A stretch of 61,974 bases of DNA, the filler included, from Chiloscyllium plagiosum (Eukaryota): the NCBI RefSeq assembly GCF_004010195.1. It is 3 parts of one record of this genome, joined end to end, with 100 filler letters (N's around TTAATTAATTAA, not from the genome) between each part and the next. Parts side by side here need not be neighbours in the genome. Positions count along the whole stretch, not along the records: positions 1 to 27,211 come from NC_057712.1; positions 27,312 to 44,470 come from NC_057712.1; 1 more part is not named here. One strand, given 5' to 3'. The translations under genes were made by a program, and so were the position numbers. Below, piece after piece: positions 23,070 to 36,129 of this stretch. Position 1 is the stretch's first letter; each line of letters begins with the position of its first letter. The notes beneath the pieces are model-generated. The model had not been told where the DNA came from. It saw only the letters and a list, made by a program, of their open reading frames with translations, and made no database searches.

Positions 23070-25460
23070 TTGGGGCCAGCGACCATAATTCGGTTAGTTT
23101 TAAAATAATGATAGAAATGTATAGTCCAGATCTAAAAGTTGAAGTTCTAAATGGGAGAAAGGCCATTTTTGATGGTATTAGGCAAGAACTTTCAAAAGCT
23201 GATTGGAATCAGATGTTCGCAGGTAAAGGGATGGCTAGAAAATAGGAAGCCTTCAGAAATGAGATGACGAGAGTCTACAGAAAGGGTGAAAGGAAAGGCT
23301 GGTAGGTATAGGGAATGCTGGATGGCTAAAGAAATTAAAGGTTTGGTTAAGAAAAGGAAGGAAGCAGATGTCAGGTATAGACAGGATAGATTGAGTGAAT
23401 CCTTAGAAGGCTATAAAGGCAGTAAGAGTACACTTAAGAGAGAAATCAGGAGGGCAAAAAGGGGACATGAGGTAGCTTTGGCAAATAGAGTTAAGGAGAA
23501 TCCAAAGGGATTTTAGGACATTAAGGACAAAAGGGTGACTAGGGAGAGAATACGGCCCTTCAAAGATCAGCAAGGCAGCCTTTGTGTGCAGCCACAGGAG
23601 ATGGGGGAGATACTGAATGAGTATTTTGCATCAGTATTTACTGTGGAAAAGAACATGGAAGATATAGAATGTAGGGAAATAGATGGTGATATCTAGAAAA
23701 ATGTCCATATTACAGAGGAGGAAGTGCTGGATGTCTTGAAATGCATAAAAGCGGATAAATCCGCAGAAAGGGATCAGGTGCACCCTAGGACTCTGTGGGA
23801 AGCTAGGGAAGTGATTGCTGGGCCTCTTTCTGAGATATTTGTATCATTGATAGTCACAGGTGAGGCGCTGGAAGACGGGAGATTGGCTAACGTGGTGTCA
23901 CAGTTTAAGAAGGGTGGTAGGACAAGCCAGGGAACTATAGACCAATGAGCCTGACATGGGCAAGTTGTTGGATGAATTCTGAGGGATAGAATGTACATGT
24001 ATTTGGAAAGGCAAGGACTGATTATGGATAGTCAACATGGCTTTGTGCATGGGAAATCATGTCTCACAAACTTGACTGAGTTTTTTGAAGAAGTAACAAA
24101 GAGGATTGATGAGGGCAGAGTGGTAGATGTGATCTATATGGACTTCACTAAGGCGTTCGATAATGTTCCCCGTGGGAGACTGGTTAGCAAGGTTGGATCT
24201 CATGGAATACCAGGAGAACTAGCCATTTTGATAAAGAACTGGCTCAAAGATAGAAGACAGAGGGTGGTGGTGGAGGATTGCTTTTCAGACTGGAGGCCTG
24301 TGACCAGTGGAGTGCCACATGGAATGGTACTGGGTCCTCTACTTTTTGTCATTTATATAAATGATCTGGATGCGAGCATAAGAGGTACAGTTAGTAAGTT
24401 TGCTGATGACACCAAAATTGGAGGTTACCTCAGATTACAACAGGATCTTGATCAAATGGGCCAATGAGCTAAGGAGTGGCAGATGGCATTTAATTTGGAT
24501 AAACGTGTGCATTTTGGGAAAGCAAATCTTAGCAGGACTTATACACTTAATGGTAAGGTCCTAGGGAGCGTTGCTGAACAAAGAGACCTTGGAGTGCAGG
24601 TTCATAGCTCCTTGAAAGTGGAGTCGCAGGTAGATAGGATAGTGAAGAAGACGTTTGGTATGCTTTCTTTTATTGGTCAGAGTATTGAGTACAGGAGTTG
24701 GGAGGTCATGTTGCGGCTGTACAGGACATTGGTTAGGCCACAGTTGGAATATTGCACAATTCTGGTCTCCTTCCTATGGGCGGCACGGTGGCACAGTGGT
24801 TAGCACTGTTGCCTCACAGCGCCGGAGACCCGGGTTCAATTCCCGCCTCAGGCGACTGACTGTGTGGAGTTTGCACGTTCTCCCCGTGTCTGTGTGGGTT
24901 TCCTCCGGGTGCTCTGGTTTCCTCCCACAGTCCAAAGATGTGCAGGTCAGGTGAATTGGCCATGCTAAATTGTCTGTAGTGTTAGATAAGGGGTAAATGT
25001 AGGGGTATGGGTGGGTTGCGTTTCGGCAGGGCGGTGTGGACGTGTTGGGCCGAAGGGCCTGTTTCCACATTGTAAGTAATCTAATCTATTGGAATGATGT
25101 TTTGAAACTTGAAAGATTTGCAAGGATGTTGCCAGGGTTGGAGCCTCGGGAGACTGAAGGATGACTTTATAGATGTTTATAAAATCATGAGGGGCATAGA
25201 TAGGATAAATAAGGTGAGAGGGGAAAGATATAAGAGACCTAAGGGCAACATTTTCATGCAAAGGGTGGCCAGAGGAAGCGGGGGAGGCTAGTACAATTGC
25301 AATATTTAAAAGGCATCTGGATGGGTATATGAATATGAATTGGAGAGATATGGGCCAAGTGCTGGCAGGTGGGACTAGATTGAGTTGGGATATCTGGTCG
25401 GGATGGACAGGTTGGACGGAAGGGTCTTTTTCCCTGCTGTACATCTCTATGACTCTATGA
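23070..25460 (+). mobile_element. CR1 LINE inserted in the Gypsy pol
   Basis: QHGF, YMDFTKAFD, KFADD motifs; 3' tail CTCTATGACTCTATG; same subfamily as 18765-20688. Confidence 0.95.
24778..25088 (+). mobile_element. HE1-type V-SINE (young, CpG-rich)
   Basis: Complete head, V-domain and TAATCTAATC tail. Confidence 0.95.
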
Positions 25461-26191
25461 TGTACGATACCAATAACTCTTTCAGATCATTTGATGCATC
25501 TCACAAACAGTACAAACGGAACTCGCAAATCCCAATCATCTGGATTAGTCTTGAATATAAATCCTCAACATGGTCTTTAATGTCTGATACCACCTTTCTA
25601 GCACTCCCTGTGATTCTGGATGGTACACATTAGATTTGAATTGTTTTATTTCTAAGCTGTCCATAACTTCCATGAATAATTTTGATGTGAAGCTTGACTC
25701 TTGATCTGATTAAATCTCTGTGTAGTCTGTATCTAGTGAAAAATTTGAGTAGTTCCTCTACAATCCTATTAGCTGTGATATTGCATAACGGAATGGCCTC
25801 TGGGAATCTAGTGGACACATCCATTATTGTTAACAAATATTGATTCACACTGTTTGTTTTAGGTAGAGGCTCCATACAATTAACAAAGACTCTTGTGAAA
25901 GGTTCCTCAATTGCAGGAACAGAAATTAAAAATGCATGTTTTATTACCACCTGTAGTTTTCCAATTACCTGACATGTATGACATGTCTGCAAAAACTCAA
26001 CTTCATCCCTGTCGTCCAGGACAGTAAAATGTTCTTATATTTTAGCTTGGGTTTTCTCACTCTTAATTGACCCCCTAGTGGTAGCTCCTGCAACATCTCC
26101 TTTCTATAACCCACTGGCAATACGACTTGATGAACTTCTGACCATTTCTCATCTGAATATATGATGGCCTCCATTTCGTCATTTGGACATC
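25461..26191 (-). pseudogene. Gypsy integrase (degenerate)
   Basis: CHTCQ zinc-binding half, EEPFTRV, YLLTIMDVSTRFPEA core motifs. Confidence 0.92.
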
Positions 26192-27765
26192 TTTTTTTTA
26201 ATAGATATTTTTATTAGAAATTTAACATTTTTACAAGTTTACAAAAATAAACAAAACTCTCAAATATAAACATTGATATACAATTAAATCAAATATACAA
26301 TAGCCAAAATTTAACAAAAGAAGAAAGAAAAAAAATACCGAAAAAGAAAAAAAAACTCAACTATCTACTAATCTAACCTATAACTAACCAGAGTGTATAT
26401 TTAAGCCTCTTACATGCTCGGAACGTGTTAACATCAAATGTAATAAAACCCGTATTCGTGCGGGATTCCTCTCCTAAGGGACCCCGGACCAGCCAGGTTT
26501 GTAATCTCAATTAAATAAAAGCCCTTGTTAGGATAGCCGAGATATCTGTATTTATGTAATTCAAAAAGGGCTGCCATATTTTATAAAATAATTCCGTCTT
26601 TCGGTGCACCATATTTGTAAGGAAGTCAAGAGGAATACATTCCATAATTAATCTGTGCCAATTTGAAAGTCCAGAGGGGCCCTCAGCCACCCAGTTCACC
26701 AAAATATTTTTCCTTGCACAGAAAGAAAGAATAGAAAATAGTCTCTTCCCGTACATGTCCAGGGAGGGAAAGTTCAAAAAGCCCAAAAGGAGAGATACAG
26801 GGTACACTTTAATTTCCGTTCCTAAAATTTCTGTCAGGGTACTTGCTACTTTAGTCCAATATCCACGGATCTTATGACAGGTCCATAAGCAATGTACAAG
26901 AGTGCCCACCTCTATTTTGCATTTAGGACACATTGGAGATGCTCCTGCCTGAAATTTTGCCAATCGAACGGTGCTATATGGGCCCTATGAAGTATCTTCA
27001 GCTGGATAGCCTGGGTTCTGTTACAAATAGTAATTCTTCTAGCATTTTCCCAGATATCATCCCACGTTTCTGTGGAGATTTCTAGTCCCAGATCCTGATC
27101 CCATGTTTTAAGCAGATTATCCATATCTCCCGATACTTCATCATGTAATAAATGATAAATAGTACTGACGGAAGATACCCCCACTGGTCATAGGACACTA
27201 CATTCTCTATCNNNNNNNNNNNNNNNNNNNNNNNNNNNNNNNNNNNNNNNNNNNNTTAATTAATTAANNNNNNNNNNNNNNNNNNNNNNNNNNNNNNNNN
27301 NNNNNNNNNNNCCAAGATTTCTAGAGGCTTCTAGGAGTATCTGCCTCTCCTTGTAGCTCTGCAGCCGGAACAGGACTGGGCGTGGGCGCTGGTTCGAGCC
27401 GGGCCCGCGTATTGCGACCCGGTAGGCCCATTCCACCCTTACCTGGCCTGATCCAGCTTCCAGATTTAAAAGCTGTGGCAGCCACTGCTGGAGGAATGCT
27501 GTAAGCTGGCCTTCCTCTTCCCGTTCGGGAAGGCCCAGCAAACGAATATTTTTTCGACGACCTCGATTATCGAGGTCATCAATGTGATTCTCTAAGGTCC
27601 AGACTCGCTGTTCGAGAGTCCGGACCTGATCCACGGCCGATTGCACTGTAGTTTCGGAGGTCGGGGCCTTTAACTCCGCCCCTCCGACTCGGCGCTCGAT
27701 CTCCTTAATGTCTCGGTCGTGCTTCTGCAGCGCGGCCGAGAGTGAGTCCCATCGACTTCGGGACT
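26192..27765 (-). mobile_element. L1 LINE: ORF1 part (27312-27765), ORF2 C-terminus and 3' UTR (26192-27211), spanning a gap
   Basis: ORF1 coiled coil plus DDLDNRGRRKNIRLLGLPE; ORF2 CPKC...HCLWTC zinc knuckle; AATAAA and poly(A) at the 26192 end. Confidence 0.9.
27212..27311. other. Assembly gap with artificial six-frame-stop linker
   Basis: 44 N + TTAATTAATTAA + 44 N; an identical construct lies at 44471-44570. Confidence 0.9.
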
Positions 27766-27822
27766 CTCTGAAAAAAAAAGCCAAGGACAGCGCAACTTTG
27801 TTAAAGAAGCAGCATTGTCACA
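27766..27822 (-). mobile_element. Stub of the 5' LTR of the Gmr1-like Gypsy
   Basis: ~55 bp closely matching 21130-21186 (…GCAGCAT(T/C)GTCACA). Confidence 0.8.
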
Positions 27823-28865
27823 TATTTATTCAGAGTTTTCTATTGGGCTATTGGTGACTCTCTTGTATTGATGGCTTCTGGTTAAGCTCCTCCCTACAAG
27901 AGGAACCAACCCTCTGTGCACAAGAGAAGAGACACAGGACTGACAATCCTTTCCTGATATCTTCTCTCCAGTATTCTACAGCGATTGAAATATATTTGAA
28001 GTGTAGCTGTAGAATACTGGAGCTACTATAATTTACTGGCTGTAAATTATAGAAGAAAGCCAATATGTACAAAAGTAGCCATATGAGAATGATCAAACCA
28101 TCTATCTGAGGCCAGGATAGAACTGGGATCCAGCTGGATATGCCTTTGATTGTGAGGTTCAGTGGTGCACGTAACAACAAATTATTTCTCTTAGTAAACT
28201 TAATAGCCACTTTTGTTCCAGGAGTTGAACAAATTCATTAGACAGGAAGTGCTTCAATAATTAACAGCAACAAGCATGCATGCTTTAAACCAGATTTAAT
28301 TGTGCCAGGAAAATGTGTTAATTGTTTAACATTGATTTCTGTTCCTTCTTGTGACCAGATTTCCATGTGTTTGCAATTGTTGAAAGATATAACAGTGACT
28401 GAGTGAGGAGAGTGGGGGGGGAGGTGGAGAAATGCATAGGCAATAGAGGGAAGAACAGGTGGCAAGAGAATGTGGTGATGGGAGATGGAGTAAAAGAGAC
28501 AGGCACATATGGCAGAAAAAAAGTATCCTGATCAGATCTCATCGTCAAGTGGTGGAGTAATTACATTTCCACTTCAGTTTAGAGGCTGTACAGATCCAGA
28601 TCCAGAGCCTGTACCGAACCAGGTTTATGTTGATATTTGCGAAGTTAGCTCAATGTTACATCTCAATAGCACTGCAGCAGCTGGAATGTCCCTTTACCAG
28701 TGAAGTGACAAAGTAGTCAGCCTTAAACTAAAAACAAATAAAAAAGAGACCAGTTAAAACAAGAGTGATTTGCTTGGAGAAAGCAGGGAGTTTTAATTCT
28801 AACAAATACATAAGATTCATTAAAGATCTTTGCTGACTGATCCAAAATCAAAAAAAATTACACAG

Positions 28866-29160
28866 AGGGGTGGCATGGTGGTTCAGTGGTTAGCACTGCT
28901 GCCTCACAGCACCAGGGTCCCAGGTTTGATTCCAGGCTTGGGTGACTGTCTGTGTGGAGTTTGCACATTCTCACTGTGTCTGCATGGGTTTGCTCCGGTT
29001 TCCTCCCACAGTCCAAAGATGTGCAGGTCAGATGAATTGGCCATGCTAAATTGCCCATAGTCAGAGGGAAATGGGTCTGGGTGGGTTACTCTTTGGAGGA
29101 TCGGAATGGGCTTGTTGGGACGAAGGGCCTGTTTCCACGCTGTAGGGAATCTAATCTAAT
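28866..29160 (+). mobile_element. HE1-type V-SINE
   Basis: Head, V-domain and AATCTAATCTAATC tail. Confidence 0.92.
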
Positions 29161-29626
29161 CATCTCAGAGTCAATACCCAAAATGTACTTCAGCAACTGT
29201 TATTCATTGGCCTTAACCTTTCATAGAGGGGATTCTAGACCAAAAACCCACAATTGGAAATGGATTGGTAATAGCTTAGAGAAGGTTTTGGAATGCATGT
29301 GAACCTCTGTGGAATTCATTATTAATTTATGGGTGTAATGAAAAATTACAGAATCAAAGAATTTTAATGTTTAGAAGGAGGTCATTTGATACATCGTGTC
29401 TGTACCTGCTGCAAAAGACCTAACTAACTAGTCCCCCCTCCAACCCTCCACAACGTCTTCATTTTCAAATGTTTTTCCAGCTTATTTTTGAAACCTCCTA
29501 TGGAATCCACCTCCAGTATTCTCCCAGACAGCACATTCCAAATCTTAACAACTCGCTGTTTCTCCTTGTCTCAGTCCTAGCTTTCTTGCTGATAATCTTG
29601 AAATCATGACCCTAATTACTGACATG

Positions 29627-29820
29627 AGCTGAAAATGTGTTGCTGGAAAAGCGCAGCAGGTCAGGCAGCATCCAAGGAACAGGAGAATCGACGTTTCGGG
29701 CATAAGCCCTTCTTCAGGCATAAGCCCTCCTGTTCCTTGGATGCTGCCTGACCTGCTGCGCTTTTCCAGCAACACATTTTCAGCTCTGATCTCCAACATC
29801 TGCAGTCCTCACTTTCTCCT
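29627..29820. mobile_element. Penelope-like pLTR foldback (family 1)
   Basis: Inverted arms; 15-bp TSD CTAATTACTGACATG at 29612-29626 and 29821-29835; intact hammerhead core on the minus strand. Confidence 0.85.
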
Positions 29821-30623
29821 CTAATTACTGACATGCCAACTAATGGAAACAGAATATCTTTCTTAACCCTGTCAAAATTGTCCATAATTTTGAACACTCC
29901 AATAAGGTGAACTTCTCTGCTACATGGAGAATAAGCCCAATCTCTCTAATCATTCGTTAGTATCTAAAATTCTACGTTCCTGGTTTCATTTCGTTAAACC
30001 ATCTTTGCACTCTCCATGGCTTTAACATCTTTCCTTAAATTAGGTGCTCAGAACTGAACACAATATTCCAAATGTGGTTTGATCAATCATTTGTAGAGGT
30101 GTAGCATCAATTCTTTACGTTTATATTCTATGTCTTGATTTATAAACCCAAGGATCTTATAAGCCTTCTTAACAACAGTTTCAACTTACCTGACCACCTT
30201 CAGAGAATCATGCAAATGAAACGACGAGGTCCCTTTGCTACTGTACTCCCCTCAAAGTTGTACCACTGAGCCTCCATGTTCCTTCTACTACTTCACATTT
30301 CTCTGCATTAAAATTCATCTGCCAGGTGTCTATCCAGTTGGTAATTTGTCAACATCACTCTGAAGTCACTCAGTATTATCCTCACAATTCACTTTTCTCC
30401 CTTGCTTAGTATCATCTGCAAATTTAGAGATTTTACCCTCAAACCTATCTCTAAATTGTTTATTTAAATCAAAGAAAGCAACCGATCCCTGGGAAACACC
30501 ACTTTCAACTCATCTCCAATCTGAGAAATGTCCATCAACCTGCTGTTTCCAGCCAACAGTTTCAAGCTGTTTCCAATCAATGCTGCTAAGGAAGCATCAA
30601 TACCAAACTTTTCTATTTTGCTT

Positions 30624-31172
30624 GGGGAGAAAGTGAGGTCTGCAGATGCTGGAGATCAGAGCTGGAAATGTGTTGCTGGAAAAGCGCAGCAGGTCAGGCA
30701 GCATCCAGGGAACAGGAGAATCGACGTTTCGGGCATAAGCCCTTCTTCAGGAATGAGGAAAGTTTGTCCAGCAGGCTAAGATAAAAGGTAGGGAGGAGGG
30801 ACTTGGGGGAGGGGCGTCGGAAATGTGATAGGTGGAAAGAGGTCAAGGTGAGGGTGATAGGTCAGACTGGGGTGGGGGCGGAGATGTCGGGAAGAAGATC
30901 TCAGGTTAGGAAGGCGGTGCTGAATTTGATGGATTTGACTGAGACAGGGTGGGGGGAGGGGAAATGAGGAAACTGGTGAAATCCGAGTTCATCCCTTGTG
31001 GTTGGAGGGTTCCTAGCCGGAAGATGAGGCGTTCTTCCTCCAACCGTCGTTTTGTTGTGGTCTGACGATGGAGGAGTCCAAAGACCTGCATATCCTTGGT
31101 GGAGTGGGAGGGGGAATTGAAATGTTGAGCTACAGGGTGGTTGGGTTGGTTGGTCCGGGTGTCCCAGAGGTG
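30624..31172 (-). mobile_element. Penelope-like 3' fragment (endonuclease C-terminus plus pLTR)
   Basis: EHLWDTR...PVAQHFNSPSHS...RRLEEERLIFRLGTLQPQGMN; 13-bp TSD TTCTATTTTGCTT at 30611-30623 and 31173-31185. Confidence 0.9.
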
Positions 31173-34058
31173 TTCTATTTTGCTTATCAACTTGCCACAT
31201 GGCACCATATCAAATGCTTTCTCAAAGTCAATATATCCAACATTTATGGCAATGTGTCACCTCATCAAAGAACTCAATTAAATTTGTCAGACAAGACTGC
31301 TCTTGACAAAACCATGTTGACTGTGCACTATCAACTTATTTTTCTCTGTATACATTTATCTTAACCCGCATTATGGCCTCCATCATTTATAACATTATTG
31401 ATGTCAAGCTAACAAGTCTTTATTTCCTGTGTTATCCTTAGTCCCTGTCTTAAATATTGGTGTCATATTTGCCCTCCCCCAGTCCCCAGTTCTGTTCACT
31501 ATACTCATTGCGTTTACATATATGTAATTTAATCCATCCCTCATCTCTTTCTTGCCAATGGAAATCAAAGATTCCGGACTGATATATGTACTGTCTGACC
31601 ATTTGCATCAAGTTTTAAAAAGTTTGATTAAATCAGATGCTTTGCTGTTCAAATGTGCTTATATCACTGAGATATGCACTTTTGCATGATCCTCATTGGA
31701 TTTTAAGAAGTTTAATTGAAAGGGATGTTTTGCTGTTCAAGGTTGCATATCTCATTGAGATAGCGACGTTAGTATGATTTGCATTAGGATTTAAGAAGTT
31801 TGATTGAACTGGATGTTTTGCTGTTCAAAGTTGTTAATCTCACTGAGATATGGACTCTAGTACCAACTATATCAGATTTTAAGATGGTTGATTGAATTTC
31901 ACTGAGAAATGCACTTTTGTATGAACGTCATTAAATTTTAAGAAGTTTCATTGAAATGCATGGTTTGCTACTCAAGGTTGCTAATCTCATTGATATAAGC
32001 ACCACACATTATGAGAAGTTGATTGATTTTGATATTTTACTATTCAAATTTGCTCATGTCACTAAGATATGCACTTTTCTATGATCTGCATTAGATTTTC
32101 AGAAGGTTAGTAGACTTGGAGATTTTAATGAGCTAATTATGCACTTAGGTACCATTACCAACAAGATTAAAGAGGTTTGGTGTAAATAGAGATTTGGATG
32201 TACCAAGGTACTTAGCACACTGAGTTATGCACTGTAAGAGCATCTGCATCAGATTTTATAAAGTTTGATTGAATTGAATGTTTTGCTACTCAACGTTGCT
32301 TACCTCACTAAGATATGCACGTTAGTATGATCCTCATTGGATTATATGTCATTTGATTTGATGTTTTGCTGTTCAAAGTTGCTCATCTCACAGAGATATG
32401 CACAATAATATGATTCCCATCTGATTTTAAGAAGTTTGGTGAACTTGAAGGACTTGGTATGCCAATGTGGTTATCTCATTGAGGTATGCACTATAGTCTC
32501 ATCAGCATCAGTTTAAAACAGGTTTAGTAGAAATGGAGATTTTGATATGCCAAATTCCTTAGCCCCCTCAGATTTCAAAGTGTTTAATCAGCATGGATGT
32601 TTTGCTGTTCAAAGTTTCTTCTCACTGAGAAATACACTTACGTATGATCTAGATCAGCAATTATGAGGTTTGACTGAATTCGATGTTTTGTTGTTGAAAG
32701 TTGCCTATTTCACTGAAATATGCTCTTTTGGTATGATCCTGATTGGATTTTAAAGTTTAAGTGTATTGGACATTTTGCAGCTCAAAATTGCTTATCTCAC
32801 TGAGATATTTACTTCAGTATGATCTACATCAGGCGTTTAGAAGCTTGATAGAATTCAAAATTTTGCTGGTCAGTTTTGCTTATCTCACTGAGATAGAACT
32901 CTGATCTACACCTGGTTAAAAGAACTTTGGTGGAAATGGAGATTTTGATGTGCCAAGGTGCTTACCGTACTGAGGTGTGTACTGTAGGAGCATCACAACA
33001 GATTTTAACAAGTTTGATTGATTTGAATATTTTGCTGTTCAAAGTGGTTGATCTCACTGAGACATGCACTTTTGAATAATGTTCAGTAGATTTTAAGTAG
33101 TTTGATTGAATTGGATGTTTTGTTGCTCAAAGTTGCTCGTCTCACTGAGTTATGCAGTTTATTATGATGTATATCAGGTGTTAAGTACTTTGATAGGATT
33201 CAATATTTTGCCATTTGAAGTTGCTTATCTCACTGACATATGCACTTTAGAATGATCTACATCAGGTTTTGAGATGTTTGGCAGACTTAGAGTTTTTGAT
33301 GTGCCAGTGTGCTTATCTCACTGAGGTATGCACAATTAATCATAATGGATATAGAGATTTAGATGTGCTATGTTGATAACTCTACTGAGATATGCATTAT
33401 ATGAGCAACAGGTTTTAAGAGGTTTCTGTCAAATTGGATGTTTTGCTGTTCAAAGTTGCTTCTCTCGCTGAGAAATGCACTTTAGTGCAATTTACATCAG
33501 ATTTTTAGAAATCTGATGGACTGAGAGATTATGCTTTGCCAATGTGTTTATCTCACTGATGGATGCATTTTAGTAACATCAGAATGAGGTTAAAGGAAGT
33601 TGGGTGGAAATGGAGATTTTGCTGTGCCAAGATGCTTACCCTACTGAGATATGCCATGTAGGAGCATCTGCATCAGATATTAAAAGGTTTTCATTGAATT
33701 TAATGTTTGACAATCAATGCTGAATTGAATCTTTTCCTGTTCAAAGTTGTTTATCTCACTGTGATATGTACTTTAGTATGATACTCATTAGATTTTAAGT
33801 AGTTTCATTAGTTTGCATATTTTGCTGCTGACAGTTGCTTATCTTACTGCAATATGATCTACATCAGATTTTAAGAAGTTTGGCCCACTTAGTGGTTTTA
33901 ATATGCCACTGCGCTTATCTCACTGAGATATGCACTGCAATACAATCGCAATCAGGTATAGTGAAATTGGAGATTTTGATATGCTACTGAGATATGCATT
34001 GTACAAGCAACCGCATCAGATATTAAAGTATTTGTTCAACATTGATGTTTTGCTGTCC

Positions 34059-35585
34059 CTGCACATGGATGACATCACTGTTTTTTGCTTGATCCACTGT
34101 CAGTGCACAGAGTCATGTGCATCTGTGACTAATTTGAATGGGCCTGAGGGGCCAAGGTAAATCAAGGCAAGAGTGAGGCCTTGATTCGGAAATTGGGCCG
34201 ACAGATCCTCTATTCTCTTCACTTTCAGGACAGACCACCTGATTTGGTTTGGAGGGGCTGCAGCGTGTATCGAGATATGGGAGGAGCACGTCACCAAAGC
34301 GAAGCCAAAACTGGGCAGATGGGAGCAACGGTCATTCTTCATCACAGGTGAAAACCTGGTATTCTTAGTATTGCTGTATGTGACACAGGTATGGCCTATT
34401 CCCAAAATCTGCACCGTTGCAGTTACCCAGGCCGTCTTCCACTTCATGTGGATATCTAAGATGGACTGTGTCCGAAGAGACACCATGTATGAAGATCTGG
34501 AGAAATGAGGAAAAAACACAACCAACCCTACCCTCACCCTGATGGGCACTTTTGTGTGTGGCTGCATCAAGCTGTGTGTGGATCCCCAGTATGCAAACAC
34601 CAACTGTCTCTACGTACTGAGGTTCTACCTGTCCCTGGTGTTGCGAAGGATGAGCCTGGCCTCACTGATGCAGAATGCTCCAAGTAGTCGGACTGTTCCG
34701 TATCACCTGTCCTTTGTGGAGAAATTTGTGAAAAAAAACCTTTGACCACAAGTCCACCAGGAAGTGGTCAGCACGTATTGTCCTTGAAACCCTTCAGGAA
34801 AAGAGAAGGCGGATCCTGTCGAGCGGTTCCCTGAGCAGACTGTCAAAATCATTTGGCAGAATGCCTCATGGCCAGAACTTTCAAACATGCACCAAGACAT
34901 GCCTTGGCTGGTGTTGAGAAGGGCTCTGCCTGTGAGATCCTTTATGCATGCCTGGACTCTCTGCACCACCTCGCGCTACCCTCAAAATGGCTGTGGAGGG
35001 GGCGAGACTGTCACACAACTCCTTTTGAAATGTGCCTGTGCAAAGTAAGTCTGGAGAGGAATGCAGTGGTGTTTCTCGAGGTTTGTCCCGAGCAGCTCCA
35101 TGATGTGGGACAGCGTGCTCTACGGTCTGTTTCCTGGGACACATGCTGAAATGAACATCAACTCTGCCTGGAGGGTCATCAACTCAGTGAAATACGCTCT
35201 TTGGTCTGCCTGAAACTTGCTGGTCTTCCAGTTGAAGGAGTTAACCCCGACTGACCGTTGCAGACTGGCACATTCCAAGATCGAGGAGTATGCACTGAGG
35301 GACACGCCAAAGCTTGGGGCAGCTGCCGCCAAGGCGCAGTGTGGAAAAACCGCTGTGTAAGATCCCTCCGCCGAAGAATAAGCAGGGCCCATTCAGCAAT
35401 TGGGTCCCACTGTCGCCTCAGCTATAGGCCAAGAGGTTGTCTGTAAATATAGAGTATGGTGGACATCAAAGACTTAATTTGTTGTCTGTAAGTAAAAAGA
35501 GTATAGATCTGATCGAGTTCATTAACTGTCCATGAACCAAAGATTTATTTTCTATGAATAAAGTATATTTTTGAAATAAAAAAAA
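34059..35585 (+). mobile_element. Tx1-clade LINE, 5'-truncated
   Basis: Starts at LHMDD; homologous to 55611-57000; ends AATAAAGTATATTTTTGAAATAAAAAAAA; 12-bp TSD GTTTTGCTGTCC at 34047-34058 and 35586-35597. Confidence 0.88.
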
Positions 35586-35901
35586 GTTTTGCTGTCCAAA
35601 GTTGTTTTACTCACTGAGAAATGCACTTTAATATGATCTGCATCAGCTGTTAAAAGGTTTGATTGAATTGGGTGTTTTGCTGTCAAAAGTTGCTTGTCTC
35701 TCTCTGAGATATGCCCTTTAGTATGATCCTCATTGAACTTTAAGTTGTTTGATTGAATTGGATATTTTGCTTATCCCTCTGGGATATGTACCTTAGAACG
35801 ATACTCAGTAGATTTTAAGCAGTTTGATTAAATTATAGACATGCATTGTAAAAGTAGCTGCATCAGATTTTAAAGTGTTTGATTGGCATGTATGTTTTGC
35901 T

Positions 35902-36129
35902 AGGCAAAAGTGAGGACTGGAGATGCTGGAAACCAGAGTTTAGATCAGAGTGGTGCTGGAAAAGCACAGCAGGTCAGGCAGCATCTGAGGAGCAGGAAAA
36001 TCGACGTTTTGGGCAAAAGCCCTTCATTCCATTCCTGATGAAGGGTTTTTGCCCAAAACATTGATTTTCCTGCTCCTCAGATGCTGCCTGACTTGCTATG
36101 CTTTTTCAGCACCACTCTGATCAAAACTA
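35902..36129. mobile_element. Penelope-like pLTR foldback
   Basis: Inverted arms; 14-bp TSD ATGTATGTTTTGCT at 35888-35901 and 36130-36143. Confidence 0.85.

Larger units (their letters stand above)
29345..31470 (-). mobile_element. Old CR1 LINE fragment with two Penelope insertions
   Basis: Decayed RT motifs (KFADD-like ~30410-30425; FKIMDNFDRV); 3' end near 29345. Confidence 0.75.

Noticed and set aside
27256..27267. TTAATTAATTAA motif (also 44515-44526)
   Set aside because: It is centred in 100-bp N blocks and stops all six frames, so it is an assembly linker.
27848..28210. 120-aa ORF with a hydrophobic stretch
   Set aside because: Non-ATG start, no recognisable family, and it overlaps the hairpin; likely chance.
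28578..28622. Possible 45-nt plus-strand exon (FRGCTDPDPEPVPNQ)
   Set aside because: The acceptor is plausible but the donor (GTTTAT) is weak, I recognise no homolog, and there are no partner exons.
31570..34058. CRISPR-like array (regularly spaced palindromic repeats)
   Set aside because: The sequences between the palindromes are homologous to each other rather than unique spacers, there are no cas genes, and the context is vertebrate. It is a satellite.
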